A stretch of DNA of 64,000 nucleotides from Candidatus Obscuribacteraceae bacterium (GTDB lineage Bacteria; Cyanobacteriota; Vampirovibrionia; Obscuribacterales; Obscuribacteraceae). Below are positions 40,795-50,600 of this stretch, piece after piece (position 1 is the stretch's first letter; every line of letters begins with the position of its first letter). Location: positions 433,571 through 497,570 of the forward strand of contig JBGAHS010000002.1 in the NCBI GenBank assembly GCA_044226015.1. The letters are read 5' to 3'. A model generated the notes under the pieces. The model made no database searches. It worked only from the letters and a program-made list of their open reading frames with translations, and was not told the origin of the DNA. Position numbers and translations under genes: made by a program.

Positions 40795-42249
40795 ATGACA
40801 GCAAAGCCACGAGTACGAATAGCACCAAGTCCCACCGGAGCATTGCACCTTGGGACAGCTCGTACAGCGCTCTACAATTTTCTTTTCGCTCGCCATCATC
40901 GAGGTGAGTTCATACTTCGCCTGGAAGATACTGATGAAGAGCGTTCAAAAGAAGTACACACCCACGACATCCTCGAAAATTTGAAGTGGCTTGGTATCCA
41001 CTGGGATGAAGGTCCAGATATCGGAGGACCCTATCCACCTTACAGACAAACTGAAAAGACCGATCATTACGAGCAAATCGCACACAAACTGATTTCGCAA
41101 GGCAAGGCTTATTTCTGCTACGCAAGCCCTGAGGAATTAGATGCTCTGCGCGAGGAACAAAAATCTAAAGGACTCGCTCCACGTTACGATAACCGCGGGC
41201 GATACCACACAAAAGAAGAAATTGAAAAATTCACCGCTGAAGGACGTATACCAGTGATCCGCTTCAAGGTGGAAGACGACCGTGTGGTCAGCTGGAAAGA
41301 TGCGATCAAAGGCGAAATTCAAATCCACACCGATGATATCGGTGGAGATATGGTCATAGTAAAATCAAGCGGCATCGCAATCTATAATTTCGCAGTTGTA
41401 GTGGATGACGTGGACATGAAGATGACCCATGTCATTCGTGGTGAAGATCACATCCACAACACAGCTAAGCAGATTTTGCTCTACGAAGCTCTCGGATACG
41501 AGAAACCGATATTCGCTCATGTACCTTTGATATTCGATATGGACCGTCAAAAACTCTCCAAGCGCAAGCATGGGGAAGCGGTGCATATCAGCAAGTACCG
41601 CAAAGACGGATACATGCCTGAAGCAATCATGAATTATCTGGCGCAGATGAGCTGGTCTCCGGCTGAAGGCAAAGAGATCTTCTCTGTCGGCGAAGCATGC
41701 GAGATGTTCGATTTGGCTAAAGTCAGCACGCATCCGGCTGTATTCGACTTCAAAAAACTCGATTGGTTCAACGAGCATTACATCCGGAGTCTACCGCTCG
41801 ACGAGATAACAAATCGCGCGCTTCCATTCCTTTCAGAACACGATTACATGCAATATCCAGAAACGGAATTGGAATCAATCGTGGGGCTTGTCAGAGATGG
41901 ACTCACTTCTCTCAGTCAAATTAGCCAGGCTGCGGCATTCTTTTTTGCCGATGAAATCAAGATCTCAGATGAACTCAGCAACGGACTGATGAAAGAAGAC
42001 AAATCAAAGAAGGTACTAGGCAGGGTTCAGGAACTCATTCACAAGTTTCCCTGGGGTGATGCAAAAGGCTGTAAAGCCTCAATTGACGCCATCGGTAAAG
42101 AACTTGGTTTGAAAGGAAAGGACCTGTACTGGCCCGTACGCGCCGCATTATGCGGTAACACCTCCGGACCAGACCTGGGTGCAACTCTTTCCATTCTCGG
42201 CGAAAAGAGAGTCAAACAGCGTATAGAGCGACTGCTTCAGCCGTGTTGA
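40795..42249 (+). CDS. gltX: Glutamate--tRNA ligase
   Basis: RVRIAPSPTGALHLG, RLEDTD, HVIRGEDH, KLSKR. Confidence 0.97.
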   Translation: MTAKPRVRIAPSPTGALHLGTARTALYNFLFARHHRGEFILRLEDTDEERSKEVHTHDILENLKWLGIHWDEGPDIGGPYPPYRQTEKTDHYEQIAHKLISQGKAYFCYASPEELDALREEQKSKGLAPRYDNRGRYHTKEEIEKFTAEGRIPVIRFKVEDDRVVSWKDAIKGEIQIHTDDIGGDMVIVKSSGIAIYNFAVVVDDVDMKMTHVIRGEDHIHNTAKQILLYEALGYEKPIFAHVPLIFDMDRQKLSKRKHGEAVHISKYRKDGYMPEAIMNYLAQMSWSPAEGKEIFSVGEACEMFDLAKVSTHPAVFDFKKLDWFNEHYIRSLPLDEITNRALPFLSEHDYMQYPETELESIVGLVRDGLTSLSQISQAAAFFFADEIKISDELSNGLMKEDKSKKVLGRVQELIHKFPWGDAKGCKASIDAIGKELGLKGKDLYWPVRAALCGNTSGPDLGATLSILGEKRVKQRIERLLQPC

Positions 42250-42320
42250 AGCCTCGTTTTTGCAGCACTGAAACGCAGTGCTAGTCGTAATACATATTTG
42301 AACTGTTAGGAGAAAGTCTT

Positions 42321-43799
42321 ATGACGGGTCTCAGAATTTTCAATACCCTGACTAATAAGAAGGAAGAATTTGTTCCATTGAGCCCAGGCAAGGTCCTTAT
42401 GTATGCCTGCGGTCCTACTGTCTATGATTTGAGCCATCTGGGTCATGCCAGAATGACCATGACTTTTGACGTGATACAACGCTATCTCCGCTTTATCGGA
42501 TATGACGTGACTTTCGTGCGCAACATCACAGACATTGACGATAAAATTATCAATCGGGCAAAAGAGCTTGGCATCAAGCCAGAGTTGCTTTCCAGAAGAT
42601 TCACGTACACATTCTGGAAGGACATGGACGATCTAAATCTGGCGCCACCAGATATAGAACCACGTGCAACGGAATACATACAGCAGATGATTCAAATGAC
42701 CGAAGGCTTAATAAAAGCCGGACATGCATATGAATCTAGTGGTGATGTTTATTTCGACGTTCTTTCCTTCAAAGAATACGGCAAGCTAAAAAAGCAAAGC
42801 GTCGATGACCTCATGCATGGTGCAAGAGAGCAAGTTCGCAGCCAGGAAGAACTGAAAGAAAAAAAGAAAAACCCGGTTGATTTTGCTTTATGGAAATCAG
42901 CCCCGGAAGGAGAAACCGGTTGGAGCAGCCCCTGGGGCTGGGGAAGGCCAGGCTGGCATCTTGAGTGCTCCTCTATGATTAAAAAAGTCCTGGGTGAGAC
43001 AATCGACATTCATGGCGGAGGTGAGGACCTGGTCTTCCCACATCATGAAAACGAAATTGCTCAGTCGGAAGCGCTTCATGGAAAACCCCTGGCGCGATAC
43101 TGGATTCATAACTCATTTGTACAAATTGATCAGGAAAAAATGTCAAAATCATTGGGCAATTTCGAAACGATCCAATCTGTGCTATCGAATTATTCTCCGG
43201 ATGTTGTTCGTTTGTTCATTTTGCAAACTCACTACCGAAGCCCAATTGAGTTTTCGACAGAAAGCATCGAGGCGGCGAAATCCGGTACAGCTCGACTTTT
43301 ACGAGCAGCTCGTATGGCTCAGAAGCTCGACGGTCACAACGGTGAGAAGAATGGCAAAATTGTGACCTACCTCACAGCAGACCATCCGTGCATGGTAGCT
43401 CTGAGAAGTGACACAGCTGCAGGCGAAGCAATCACAAAGTTGCACAATGACTTCATTGAAGCAATGAATAATGATTTCAACACACCACAAGCGGTATCAG
43501 CACTATTCCAAATGGCAGACATGGCCTTTTCAAGCAAAGATGCAGAATTAGCAGCTAAGTATGCAGCCGCAATCAAATCATACGCGGACGTTCTAGGACT
43601 GCGCCTGATTGATACAGGAAAGATAATCGATACAAAGACGGGGTCTCAACTCGTTGAACTCTTGATCGAAATGCGCGATGCTGCACGAGGCAATAAAGAT
43701 TACAAACAATCTGACTTGATTCGCGATTCATTACTTAAGTTAGGAATTAAAGTTATGGACGTAAAAGGCGAAGCCAAAGCCCAGTGGGAAAAGGAATAG
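42321..43799 (+). CDS. cysS: Cysteine--tRNA ligase
   Basis: CGPTVYD, HLGHAR, GRPGWHLECS, FPHHENE, KMSKSLGN. Confidence 0.98.
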   Translation: MTGLRIFNTLTNKKEEFVPLSPGKVLMYACGPTVYDLSHLGHARMTMTFDVIQRYLRFIGYDVTFVRNITDIDDKIINRAKELGIKPELLSRRFTYTFWKDMDDLNLAPPDIEPRATEYIQQMIQMTEGLIKAGHAYESSGDVYFDVLSFKEYGKLKKQSVDDLMHGAREQVRSQEELKEKKKNPVDFALWKSAPEGETGWSSPWGWGRPGWHLECSSMIKKVLGETIDIHGGGEDLVFPHHENEIAQSEALHGKPLARYWIHNSFVQIDQEKMSKSLGNFETIQSVLSNYSPDVVRLFILQTHYRSPIEFSTESIEAAKSGTARLLRAARMAQKLDGHNGEKNGKIVTYLTADHPCMVALRSDTAAGEAITKLHNDFIEAMNNDFNTPQAVSALFQMADMAFSSKDAELAAKYAAAIKSYADVLGLRLIDTGKIIDTKTGSQLVELLIEMRDAARGNKDYKQSDLIRDSLLKLGIKVMDVKGEAKAQWEKE

Positions 43800-43822
43800 C
43801 TTCACAGATTCGCTGATCTCAT

Positions 43823-43860
43823 AACCGTATCTCAACATAGGAGATACGGTTTTCCTTTTT
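43823..43860 (+). terminator. Intrinsic terminator after cysS
   Basis: AACCGTATCTC / GAGATACGGTT 11-bp stem followed by a T-rich tail. Confidence 0.8.
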
Positions 43861-44108
43861 AGACTCACGACATTCGTGAGCGATCCGAACAAGCCGCTTG
43901 TTTTTGATGTCTACGCTGAGAGCTTCTGGAGATGCGATTTTCACGCCGACGAATACAGCAAGATTGACCGCACGGATCTAAGGTTTTTCTGCGCATAAAG
44001 TGAGCTCTGCAGTAAGAAAAACAATTTTCAATTCTTTTTTTGCATTTTCATTGAACTTTTTCGACCTCATTTACGTTTTAAACAACAGAAGGTATGAGGT
44101 AAAGAATA

Positions 44109-45095
44109 ATGCGAAAGAGAAAAGAGAAAAGCAAATTCGCAGAACTGTATCCAGCATTTTGTAAGGAATTCCCTGATGAAGAACATTGCGTTAGGATGCT
44201 TAGTCAACAACGCATGAAAAAAGTCATCCCTTGCAAGAAATGCAAAGGTACAAAATTCGTACACACAAATACCTACAAGCAATATTACTGCGAAAATTGT
44301 GGTCAGGAATATTTCACCTTTGCTGGAACCTATTTCGAGAGGTGTACATATTTCCGCGCGCGGGTGGCTGCAATCTGGTTTAAACAACGCAAGATACGCC
44401 CCTCGCCACTCGAATTTGCCCAGTACTTTGGCATGGCTCTTTCCACAGCTCAGGACATTTTGAACAACGTGGGGTTTATCTCTCTGGAAAAAATGAATCA
44501 GAGAGAAACGGAGACATTGTCCTCATCAGAATTTCTTGAAATATACTGTCGTCGCAGTCTGCAAACTCCAGCCCGAGAGCATCCTCGCGCAGAGCAAAAC
44601 GAACTAGACGATCACTTCAAAGAGATAGACCAGACTACAGATGAGGCTTTTAATGTTGAGCTAGATGAAACTGAACTTTTGGTGCTCGACGAATTGTCCA
44701 CAGAGAAGGGAAAAAACGTTGATGACCTGATCAGCAAAACCAGCCTGGAATTTTCGGATATCTTGATGGCTCTGAGCCAGTTACAGTTCAAAGGGCTAGT
44801 GGATTTTACAGCAGAACAATTGTTCAAGCGAAAAAAGAAAATTCCTAAGCCAAACAATAATGAGGCACAAAAAAAGTTCATTGAGAAATTCACCGAGTCG
44901 ATTAAAGATAAGTGCCACCGTATAAGCAGAAAATACATTCAGGTCTACCTCGCGGACGCCTGGGCGACCGAACAAGATGACATATGGACAGATGAATTCA
45001 TGGCAGAACTTCTTGAACGAAAACCACTCTCAAGGGCGGCTATGCGAGCCTATACATCGCCTTATTATCTACAAATACCCTGCTGCGCCAGCTAA
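44109..45095 (+). CDS. IS1595-transposase-related protein: Zn ribbon, HTH, DprA-like winged helix and IS1595-like C-terminal helix; no intact DDE core seen
   Basis: FPDEEHC...CKKC...YYCENC...AGTYFE; LEFAQYFGMALSTAQDIL; LDETELLVLDEL...VDDLISKTSLEFSDILMALSQLQFKGLV; HRISRKYIQVYL. Confidence 0.7.
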   Translation: MRKRKEKSKFAELYPAFCKEFPDEEHCVRMLSQQRMKKVIPCKKCKGTKFVHTNTYKQYYCENCGQEYFTFAGTYFERCTYFRARVAAIWFKQRKIRPSPLEFAQYFGMALSTAQDILNNVGFISLEKMNQRETETLSSSEFLEIYCRRSLQTPAREHPRAEQNELDDHFKEIDQTTDEAFNVELDETELLVLDELSTEKGKNVDDLISKTSLEFSDILMALSQLQFKGLVDFTAEQLFKRKKKIPKPNNNEAQKKFIEKFTESIKDKCHRISRKYIQVYLADAWATEQDDIWTDEFMAELLERKPLSRAAMRAYTSPYYLQIPCCAS

Positions 45096-45222
45096 GGAAA
45101 GAGACCCAGAACGGTCTTGAATCCTCTCCATAAACTGTTTCTTTGTGGCAAGCAGTCGCAACAATAGTGCCTCAGAAAACTCCTCAAATTCGAACCTGCT
45201 TGGTTTGAAGCGAACTCACAAT

Positions 45223-45270
45223 GCCCCAGAACAATGTGCAGCCAGGCATGGCTGCACATTGTTCTGGGGC
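45223..45270. repeat. Perfect 22-bp inverted repeat with a 4-nt loop
   Basis: GCCCCAGAACAATGTGCAGCCA-GGCA-TGGCTGCACATTGTTCTGGGGC. Confidence 0.9.
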
Positions 45271-45295
45271 TAAAATTGTCAACAACCCCGTCCTA

Positions 45296-45363
45296 CAATA
45301 AAGGCTGCACCGGTACCGATGTAGTTTTTTTGTTTTTGAGCGGTACCGGTGCAGCCTTTATTG
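45296..45363. repeat. Perfect 23-bp inverted repeat with CGGTACCG in each arm
   Basis: CAATAAAGGCTGCACCGGTACCG (45296-45318) and CGGTACCGGTGCAGCCTTTATTG (45341-45363). Confidence 0.9.
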
Positions 45364-45459
45364 GATCACGCCTACGGAGCTCCAGTTTGACATCTGGCAG
45401 CAAAAAATTTGACTCGGTGAACGCGACCAGAGTCTTTTAGTTTTCTGTTAGCAAAAGTT

Positions 45460-45543
45460 CGGAGAGGGTGGGATTCGAACCCACGTGGCGTTAACCCATC
45501 CGCTTTCGAGGCGGCGCCGTTGTGACCGCTTCGGTACCTCTCC
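45460..45543 (-). tRNA. tRNA-Ser (anticodon CGA), CCA not encoded
   Basis: Minus strand GGAGAGG...CCTCTCC-G acceptor stem, anticodon loop CTCGAAA, long variable arm, GGTTCGAATCC T-loop. Confidence 0.93.
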
Positions 45544-45811
45544 TCAATGCTCAGATTGTAGCAAATAAGGATAGCTCAAGGCTAAAGCGCCATCAGCACG
45601 TTATTACAAATCGATATTTCTCGCTGCAACGATCCAGGATTAAGGACTTCTTAGCTTGAATATCAGCAACAACCCTATGTTTGACAAGCGAACTGAATTT
45701 CTTCCCAATATTCATTTGGAATTCTGAGTTACTACGACATTGGCAACAAAACAAAACACACTTGCAAACCATGCAAGTGTGTAATTTTTCTAACAATATA
45801 GATATCTGGTC

Positions 45812-46609
45812 CTAGTTGCTGTGGCTCACTGCCGTTCCCGCTATCTGCCTGCTCGTCTCTGCATGCTGTTTAAGCGCAGACATAACACCAGGCATATCTG
45901 TCCGAACCTGACGCTTTATCAGCGGCGGTGGGAGAAATAAACCACCATTAACATAGCTTGCATACGTCACCAGAGTTGAGTTGCCATCGCTTTGTGGTTC
46001 AAGTTTCCAAAAGCCATCAACTTCTCTGAAATCGCCACTCACTCTGTGCCATTCGTACAGCTTGTTAGCAGTTTCTTTCACTTCGATAACATAATCAAAG
46101 GTTGTCGGCACACCACTCGGCTTGATCTGATGCTGCACCAGCTTGGTATTACCTTTGTCCTTTACAAGTTTGCACTTTTTGAGACAAGGGAAAATTTCTG
46201 TTGCATTTTCGTAATCAGTGAGAATTTTCCAGACAGCTTCTGGCTTCACATGGACCAGAATTTTGCTCACCTGATAATTCTTATCACCAATTTTCTCTTC
46301 ATTTATTTCAACTGAACCAGCAGACTGAGTCTGCATTGATGCTTTGTCAATTGACTTTGCGCATACGCTATCAATGGATACAAATGAATTGATCGCGAAT
46401 ACGCTAAGCAATGCAAGCGATATTTTAGAAATACTCACGCGGGACCGCCCTCTAGAACTGCGACTTACTGACCGCTGTCTGTGTGCCATCAAATACAATA
46501 CTAAATTCCTCTTATGTGTCAACAAGGTTTTCAAGTATGTCAAATCGAGCCAGCAGCGTGTAATCATGACCCATAAGTACACTGCGAACGAAATTCTACC
46601 CCTTTTCAT
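45812..46609 (-). CDS. SRPBCC/polyketide cyclase-dehydrase family protein (start probably MAHRQ near 46489)
   Basis: PEAVWKILTDYE...FP, GDFREVDGFWKLEP, TLVTY; signal-like segment. Confidence 0.8.
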   Translation of the reverse strand: MKRGRISFAVYLWVMITRCWLDLTYLKTLLTHKRNLVLYLMAHRQRSVSRSSRGRSRVSISKISLALLSVFAINSFVSIDSVCAKSIDKASMQTQSAGSVEINEEKIGDKNYQVSKILVHVKPEAVWKILTDYENATEIFPCLKKCKLVKDKGNTKLVQHQIKPSGVPTTFDYVIEVKETANKLYEWHRVSGDFREVDGFWKLEPQSDGNSTLVTYASYVNGGLFLPPPLIKRQVRTDMPGVMSALKQHAETSRQIAGTAVSHSN

Positions 46610-46664
46610 TTCAAGGGCTCAAGTAAATTGGACTCATGTTGAAAAGAATTACGCTTTAAGACTA

Positions 46665-47594
46665 ATGACTAAGCTGAATAAGAAAAGAATCGCTAATTCA
46701 GTATTAATCTACAACCCGAAATCAGGCTCAGCATTGGATCGTGATATCTGGTTGGGTACGATTGTTGACAAACTTTGTACATCATTAGAACAATCGGTCA
46801 CAGTAGGTGCCACCAGCTCCGGTGTCACTGCTGCTGATATTCTCAAAAGATTTATGGCATTATCGCCTGACCTGGTGATAGCTGCTGGTGGCGATGGAAC
46901 TATCAGACATATTCTGGGTTCGTTCGCAGAAGCGAAGGTAGAAATTCCTGTCGGATTAATTCCTTTCGGGACAGGAAATCAATTGGCTCGAAATCTTGGA
47001 ATTCTGGAAGACAGTATTTTTGTTGACCCATTACAAAGATCCATCGACGTTATCGGAAGCGCGAAAACCCGCTGCATTGATTTGGGTATCTGCAACGGAC
47101 ATTATTTCTGCGTCGGAGTTGGCGTAGGACCTGTTTCTGATGCAATCCTCACACCAACACAGGAAGAAAAGCAAAACTGGGGAATGCTTGCATACGTGGG
47201 TCCAATGATCCAGACCTTAACATCACAAGCCGTTCAATTTCGCATCACCGCAGATGGTGACACTTTCGAAGTAAAAGCACTTGGGGTTATAGTTTCGAAC
47301 GTTGCTGATATGGGTTTCGCCCGAATATCAGAGGGGGCGCGACTAGACGATGGTTATCTTGATTTGTGTGTAATTCCTCTGGGTGACTTCGGCGATTATG
47401 TAAAGCTTGGATTCAATCTGGCTAGTTCTGTTCTACTTGGAGAAACACCTTTTTATCAGCGACGAGTCAAGAACGTATTGATCGAAAGCAAAAATGGACC
47501 GGCTATTGCAAACATAGACGGCGACCACATTGGATTTACGCCAATGAAAATTGAAGTTCTTCCAGGATCAGTGAACATTCTATGTCCCAACTAA
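46665..47594 (+). CDS. Diacylglycerol kinase family lipid kinase (YegS/DgkB-like)
   Basis: IYNPKSG, AAGGDGTI, IPFGTGNQLARNL, DDGYLD, IDGD. Confidence 0.9.
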   Translation: MTKLNKKRIANSVLIYNPKSGSALDRDIWLGTIVDKLCTSLEQSVTVGATSSGVTAADILKRFMALSPDLVIAAGGDGTIRHILGSFAEAKVEIPVGLIPFGTGNQLARNLGILEDSIFVDPLQRSIDVIGSAKTRCIDLGICNGHYFCVGVGVGPVSDAILTPTQEEKQNWGMLAYVGPMIQTLTSQAVQFRITADGDTFEVKALGVIVSNVADMGFARISEGARLDDGYLDLCVIPLGDFGDYVKLGFNLASSVLLGETPFYQRRVKNVLIESKNGPAIANIDGDHIGFTPMKIEVLPGSVNILCPN

Positions 47595-47702
47595 ATCCAT
47601 TTAGTAAGCATGCTGTTTTTCAAATCAGCAAATAACTATTATGCAAAAGTTCGATCATCGACAGGAAAGGAGACTTGTTCCCAAAGCTCCAATTTTTCGG
47701 CT

Positions 47703-47851
47703 GTAGTTCCACCGGAAATCTCAGGTGAAGTTCCAGATATTCACACATGAGGTTCCACCGGAAATCTCATGTGAAATCCCGCCGGGAGCCTCTAATGAAG
47801 TCCCACAAGTATTCACACACGAAGTTCCACCGGAGTCTTAGGAAGTTCCAG
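47703..47851. repeat. Degenerate 22-24-bp tandem repeat, about 7 copies
   Basis: GTTCCACCGGAAATCTCA exact at 47706 and 47752; GAAGTTCCA-like heads about every 23 bp. Confidence 0.7.
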
Positions 47852-47888
47852 CGAGGAGTTTCAAATCAAACTCAAATGGATGACTGAC

Positions 47889-50510
47889 TCAAGACCAATA
47901 TTCTTTAACGAAACGACGTTCGTCTTCGGGGTTCGAAATCTTTCCATCAAGCAAAGCGTCACGCAGGCTGTCCAAAACTTTGCCCACGGAAGGTCCTTTT
48001 GGCACCCCTAGCGCAATCACGTCCGTTCCACGCAACGTTGGTTTTACATCCTTAAGTTCTTCGAAGAAGATCTTGATACTTCGCCGTAAGCTAGACGCCA
48101 TTGGAGCAACACATACGCATATTGCTAAAGAATGGAGATCATGCCCATGCAAAAGCTTGTAAAGCGACGAGCGGCTTGCACCGGGTTCAAGCGCTAGCAG
48201 CCCGCGCAGGATGCGCTGTGCGTCAATGATTGAGTTACGTTCATCCTCCGATAGGTGTAAGCGCATCAAAGCATCATTTAAGCGCTTATCGGGTAACTCA
48301 GATAACAATACGCCCAGGTATACGGCAAATTGACGCGGCAGCGGATAACTTGAAAGAAGCTTTTCTGCTCGCCGGATATGCAATCGTGTCATCCTGCTGT
48401 AAACAATTTCAGAGTCAAGAAAACGCAGCCCACCTCCGACTTCATTCAAAATATCGAGAGCCTTTAGACGAGTATCAGACTGAAAAATTGAACGAAGCTC
48501 TTCCTTAAGACGAACACCTCCAAGATTATCAAAGATACCAAGCTCGATTGCACGCTCAGCCTGTAATCTAGACCACAAGTCCATCTCGAAATTAAGTCGT
48601 GCTGCAAATCGAGCAGCTCTAACAATTCGAGTAGGATCCTCAATGAAACTAAAGTCATGCAAAATTCTGACGACTCCATTTTGCAAATCGATAAGCCCAT
48701 TGAAATAATCAACTAACTTGCCAAACCTATCAGGATGCAAACACATTGCCAAAGCATTGATAGTGAAATCACGCCGACATAGATCCTGTTCAAGGGAAGA
48801 AGGCTCTACAGTAGGAAGAGCTGCGGGATATTCATAATACTCAGTTCTGGCAGTCGCTATATCAATCTCACGTTCGTGAGGGAGATATGCAGCCAAAGTT
48901 GCAGTGTCAAAGCGCGAATGCTCAACGAGAATCTTGTACTTCTCGGGAAATTTTTCTACAAGAGCATTCGCCAACTTACGTGCCGATCCTTCTACTACAA
49001 AATCAAGGTCGAAGTTAGGTCGGTCCAGAATCAAATCTCTGACACAGCCACCAACAAGATAGGCCGTCATATCAATTTCAGAAGCCACAGCACCAAGCTC
49101 TTTATACAGTGGCAGGAGATCTGGCTCAATTGACTCGGCAAGTCGTTCGGTTTCCACCACTGTCAGCTGAGGATTAATAACACCTTTCGATTCAAACTGA
49201 AGCTGATCTCCATATAATGCGCCGAGAAGCTCATTGCGCCCTATTAGACCAAGTAGCTTTCCGCCAGCGCTAAGAACAGGTAACCTCCCAATGTCCTTCC
49301 CAAGCATGAGAGTCTGAACCTCTCGTAGTGGCGTATCTGGTGTCACAGAAATAACGGGATGGCTCATAAAACCGCGGACAGGCGCATGCGCTAATTTGTG
49401 ATGTTTTGCCTTATCAACATCTCGAATAGATACCACCCCAGCGGGCTGCTCCTTTTCCATGACGACTAAGCCATCTACGCTGTAACGCAACATGATTCGA
49501 CCAGCTTCTTCCATACTCGTTTCCGGTCTTATTGTCCTTACTGGACTGCGCATAATTTCTTCGGCTTTCACTTCAGGACTCAGGTGCCTCGATAGAGTTT
49601 CTACAACAAACTGGTGTACTTGCTCCACTGATTTGTTTTTGACCACAGCGGAGACAGCCCCCGAGTGGCCACCACCTCCCAATAATTTTGCAAGTGTTCT
49701 CAAATCGAATAGTGAAGTTTCACTGCGTCCAACAATATGAATGCGGTCCTTCATTTCAACGATCGAAACAACAGCATCCGCCGCCGAATTCTCCAGCAAT
49801 CTACTCGTGATCTCAGCAAGCCCTTCTACAAAATCGGCCGTTTTTCCCATTGCAACGGTCAACATATCGCCGCCGAGGTTTTCGGTGCGTGACGCATTCA
49901 ATAGCGTTTCATACAAAGCTGCTTGCTCATGATTGAACTTAGGTCGAATTATCTCATTGATAATTTCCATATCGGCCCCTTGAGATAAGCAGTATGCAAT
50001 GCCCAGGGCATCCAATTCAGTAGTGCCACGGTGTGTCAAACAACCCGTATCTTCATAAATTCCGGCAGCAATTATCGTTGCTTCAAGAGGCGTCAACTTC
50101 ACAGTTTTCTTTCTCAGAAGCTCTGCCAGTATACTGGCTGCAGCTCCAGTTATTTTGTGAACCGAATCTTTTCGCGCCCCGTCCAACAAGCTCTCCGAAT
50201 CTTTTTCATGATGGTCAAAAACTGTATAGCTGCCATGCTCCAGATAAGCGGAAAACAGCCGGCGCGCGCGATCGTCCAGTCGATCAAGACGCTGACAATC
50301 AACAAGATACACATGCTTGACCATAGACCAATCAATATATTGCAAATCGACTAGCGGAAGCTTATCCCTATAAAGTGCCAGGAAGCTCTTTAGACGCTGT
50401 GATAAGGGTTGCGCAGGAACGATTCTCGCCGATGGAGATAGCTTATGCACGGCCAGCTGGCAAGCCAAACAGTCGAAGTCCATATTCCGATGTGCAAGAA
50501 CCAGTTCCAT
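47889..50510 (-). CDS. tRNA nucleotidyltransferase with DHH/DHHA1 and CBS domains (A-adding type)
   Basis: HRNMDFD, FDHH, GGGH, two CBS domains, VGGCVRD..DLD, RRDFTINA, EDPTRIVRAARF. Confidence 0.9.
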   Translation of the reverse strand: MELVLAHRNMDFDCLACQLAVHKLSPSARIVPAQPLSQRLKSFLALYRDKLPLVDLQYIDWSMVKHVYLVDCQRLDRLDDRARRLFSAYLEHGSYTVFDHHEKDSESLLDGARKDSVHKITGAAASILAELLRKKTVKLTPLEATIIAAGIYEDTGCLTHRGTTELDALGIAYCLSQGADMEIINEIIRPKFNHEQAALYETLLNASRTENLGGDMLTVAMGKTADFVEGLAEITSRLLENSAADAVVSIVEMKDRIHIVGRSETSLFDLRTLAKLLGGGGHSGAVSAVVKNKSVEQVHQFVVETLSRHLSPEVKAEEIMRSPVRTIRPETSMEEAGRIMLRYSVDGLVVMEKEQPAGVVSIRDVDKAKHHKLAHAPVRGFMSHPVISVTPDTPLREVQTLMLGKDIGRLPVLSAGGKLLGLIGRNELLGALYGDQLQFESKGVINPQLTVVETERLAESIEPDLLPLYKELGAVASEIDMTAYLVGGCVRDLILDRPNFDLDFVVEGSARKLANALVEKFPEKYKILVEHSRFDTATLAAYLPHEREIDIATARTEYYEYPAALPTVEPSSLEQDLCRRDFTINALAMCLHPDRFGKLVDYFNGLIDLQNGVVRILHDFSFIEDPTRIVRAARFAARLNFEMDLWSRLQAERAIELGIFDNLGGVRLKEELRSIFQSDTRLKALDILNEVGGGLRFLDSEIVYSRMTRLHIRRAEKLLSSYPLPRQFAVYLGVLLSELPDKRLNDALMRLHLSEDERNSIIDAQRILRGLLALEPGASRSSLYKLLHGHDLHSLAICVCVAPMASSLRRSIKIFFEELKDVKPTLRGTDVIALGVPKGPSVGKVLDSLRDALLDGKISNPEDERRFVKEYWS

Positions 50511-50600
50511 TAGTCATCGCTTTCGCCGCAACGGTTATATTATAGGTTTATCTTAGCCTATGTCCGGGTATCTTTTGAGACACATTTAGAGATCTTGCAA

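Noticed and set aside
43861..45200. Intact IS element, or tRNA-integrated island with an att duplication
   Set aside because: No terminal inverted repeats, target duplication or integrase found; ATTCGAACC at about 45188 matches the tRNA T-arm over only 9 bp.
45532..45538. CGGTACC inside tRNA-Ser as the source of the repeat family
   Set aside because: Only 7 bp match, falling at the acceptor/D-arm junction, and the flanking arms do not match the repeat.
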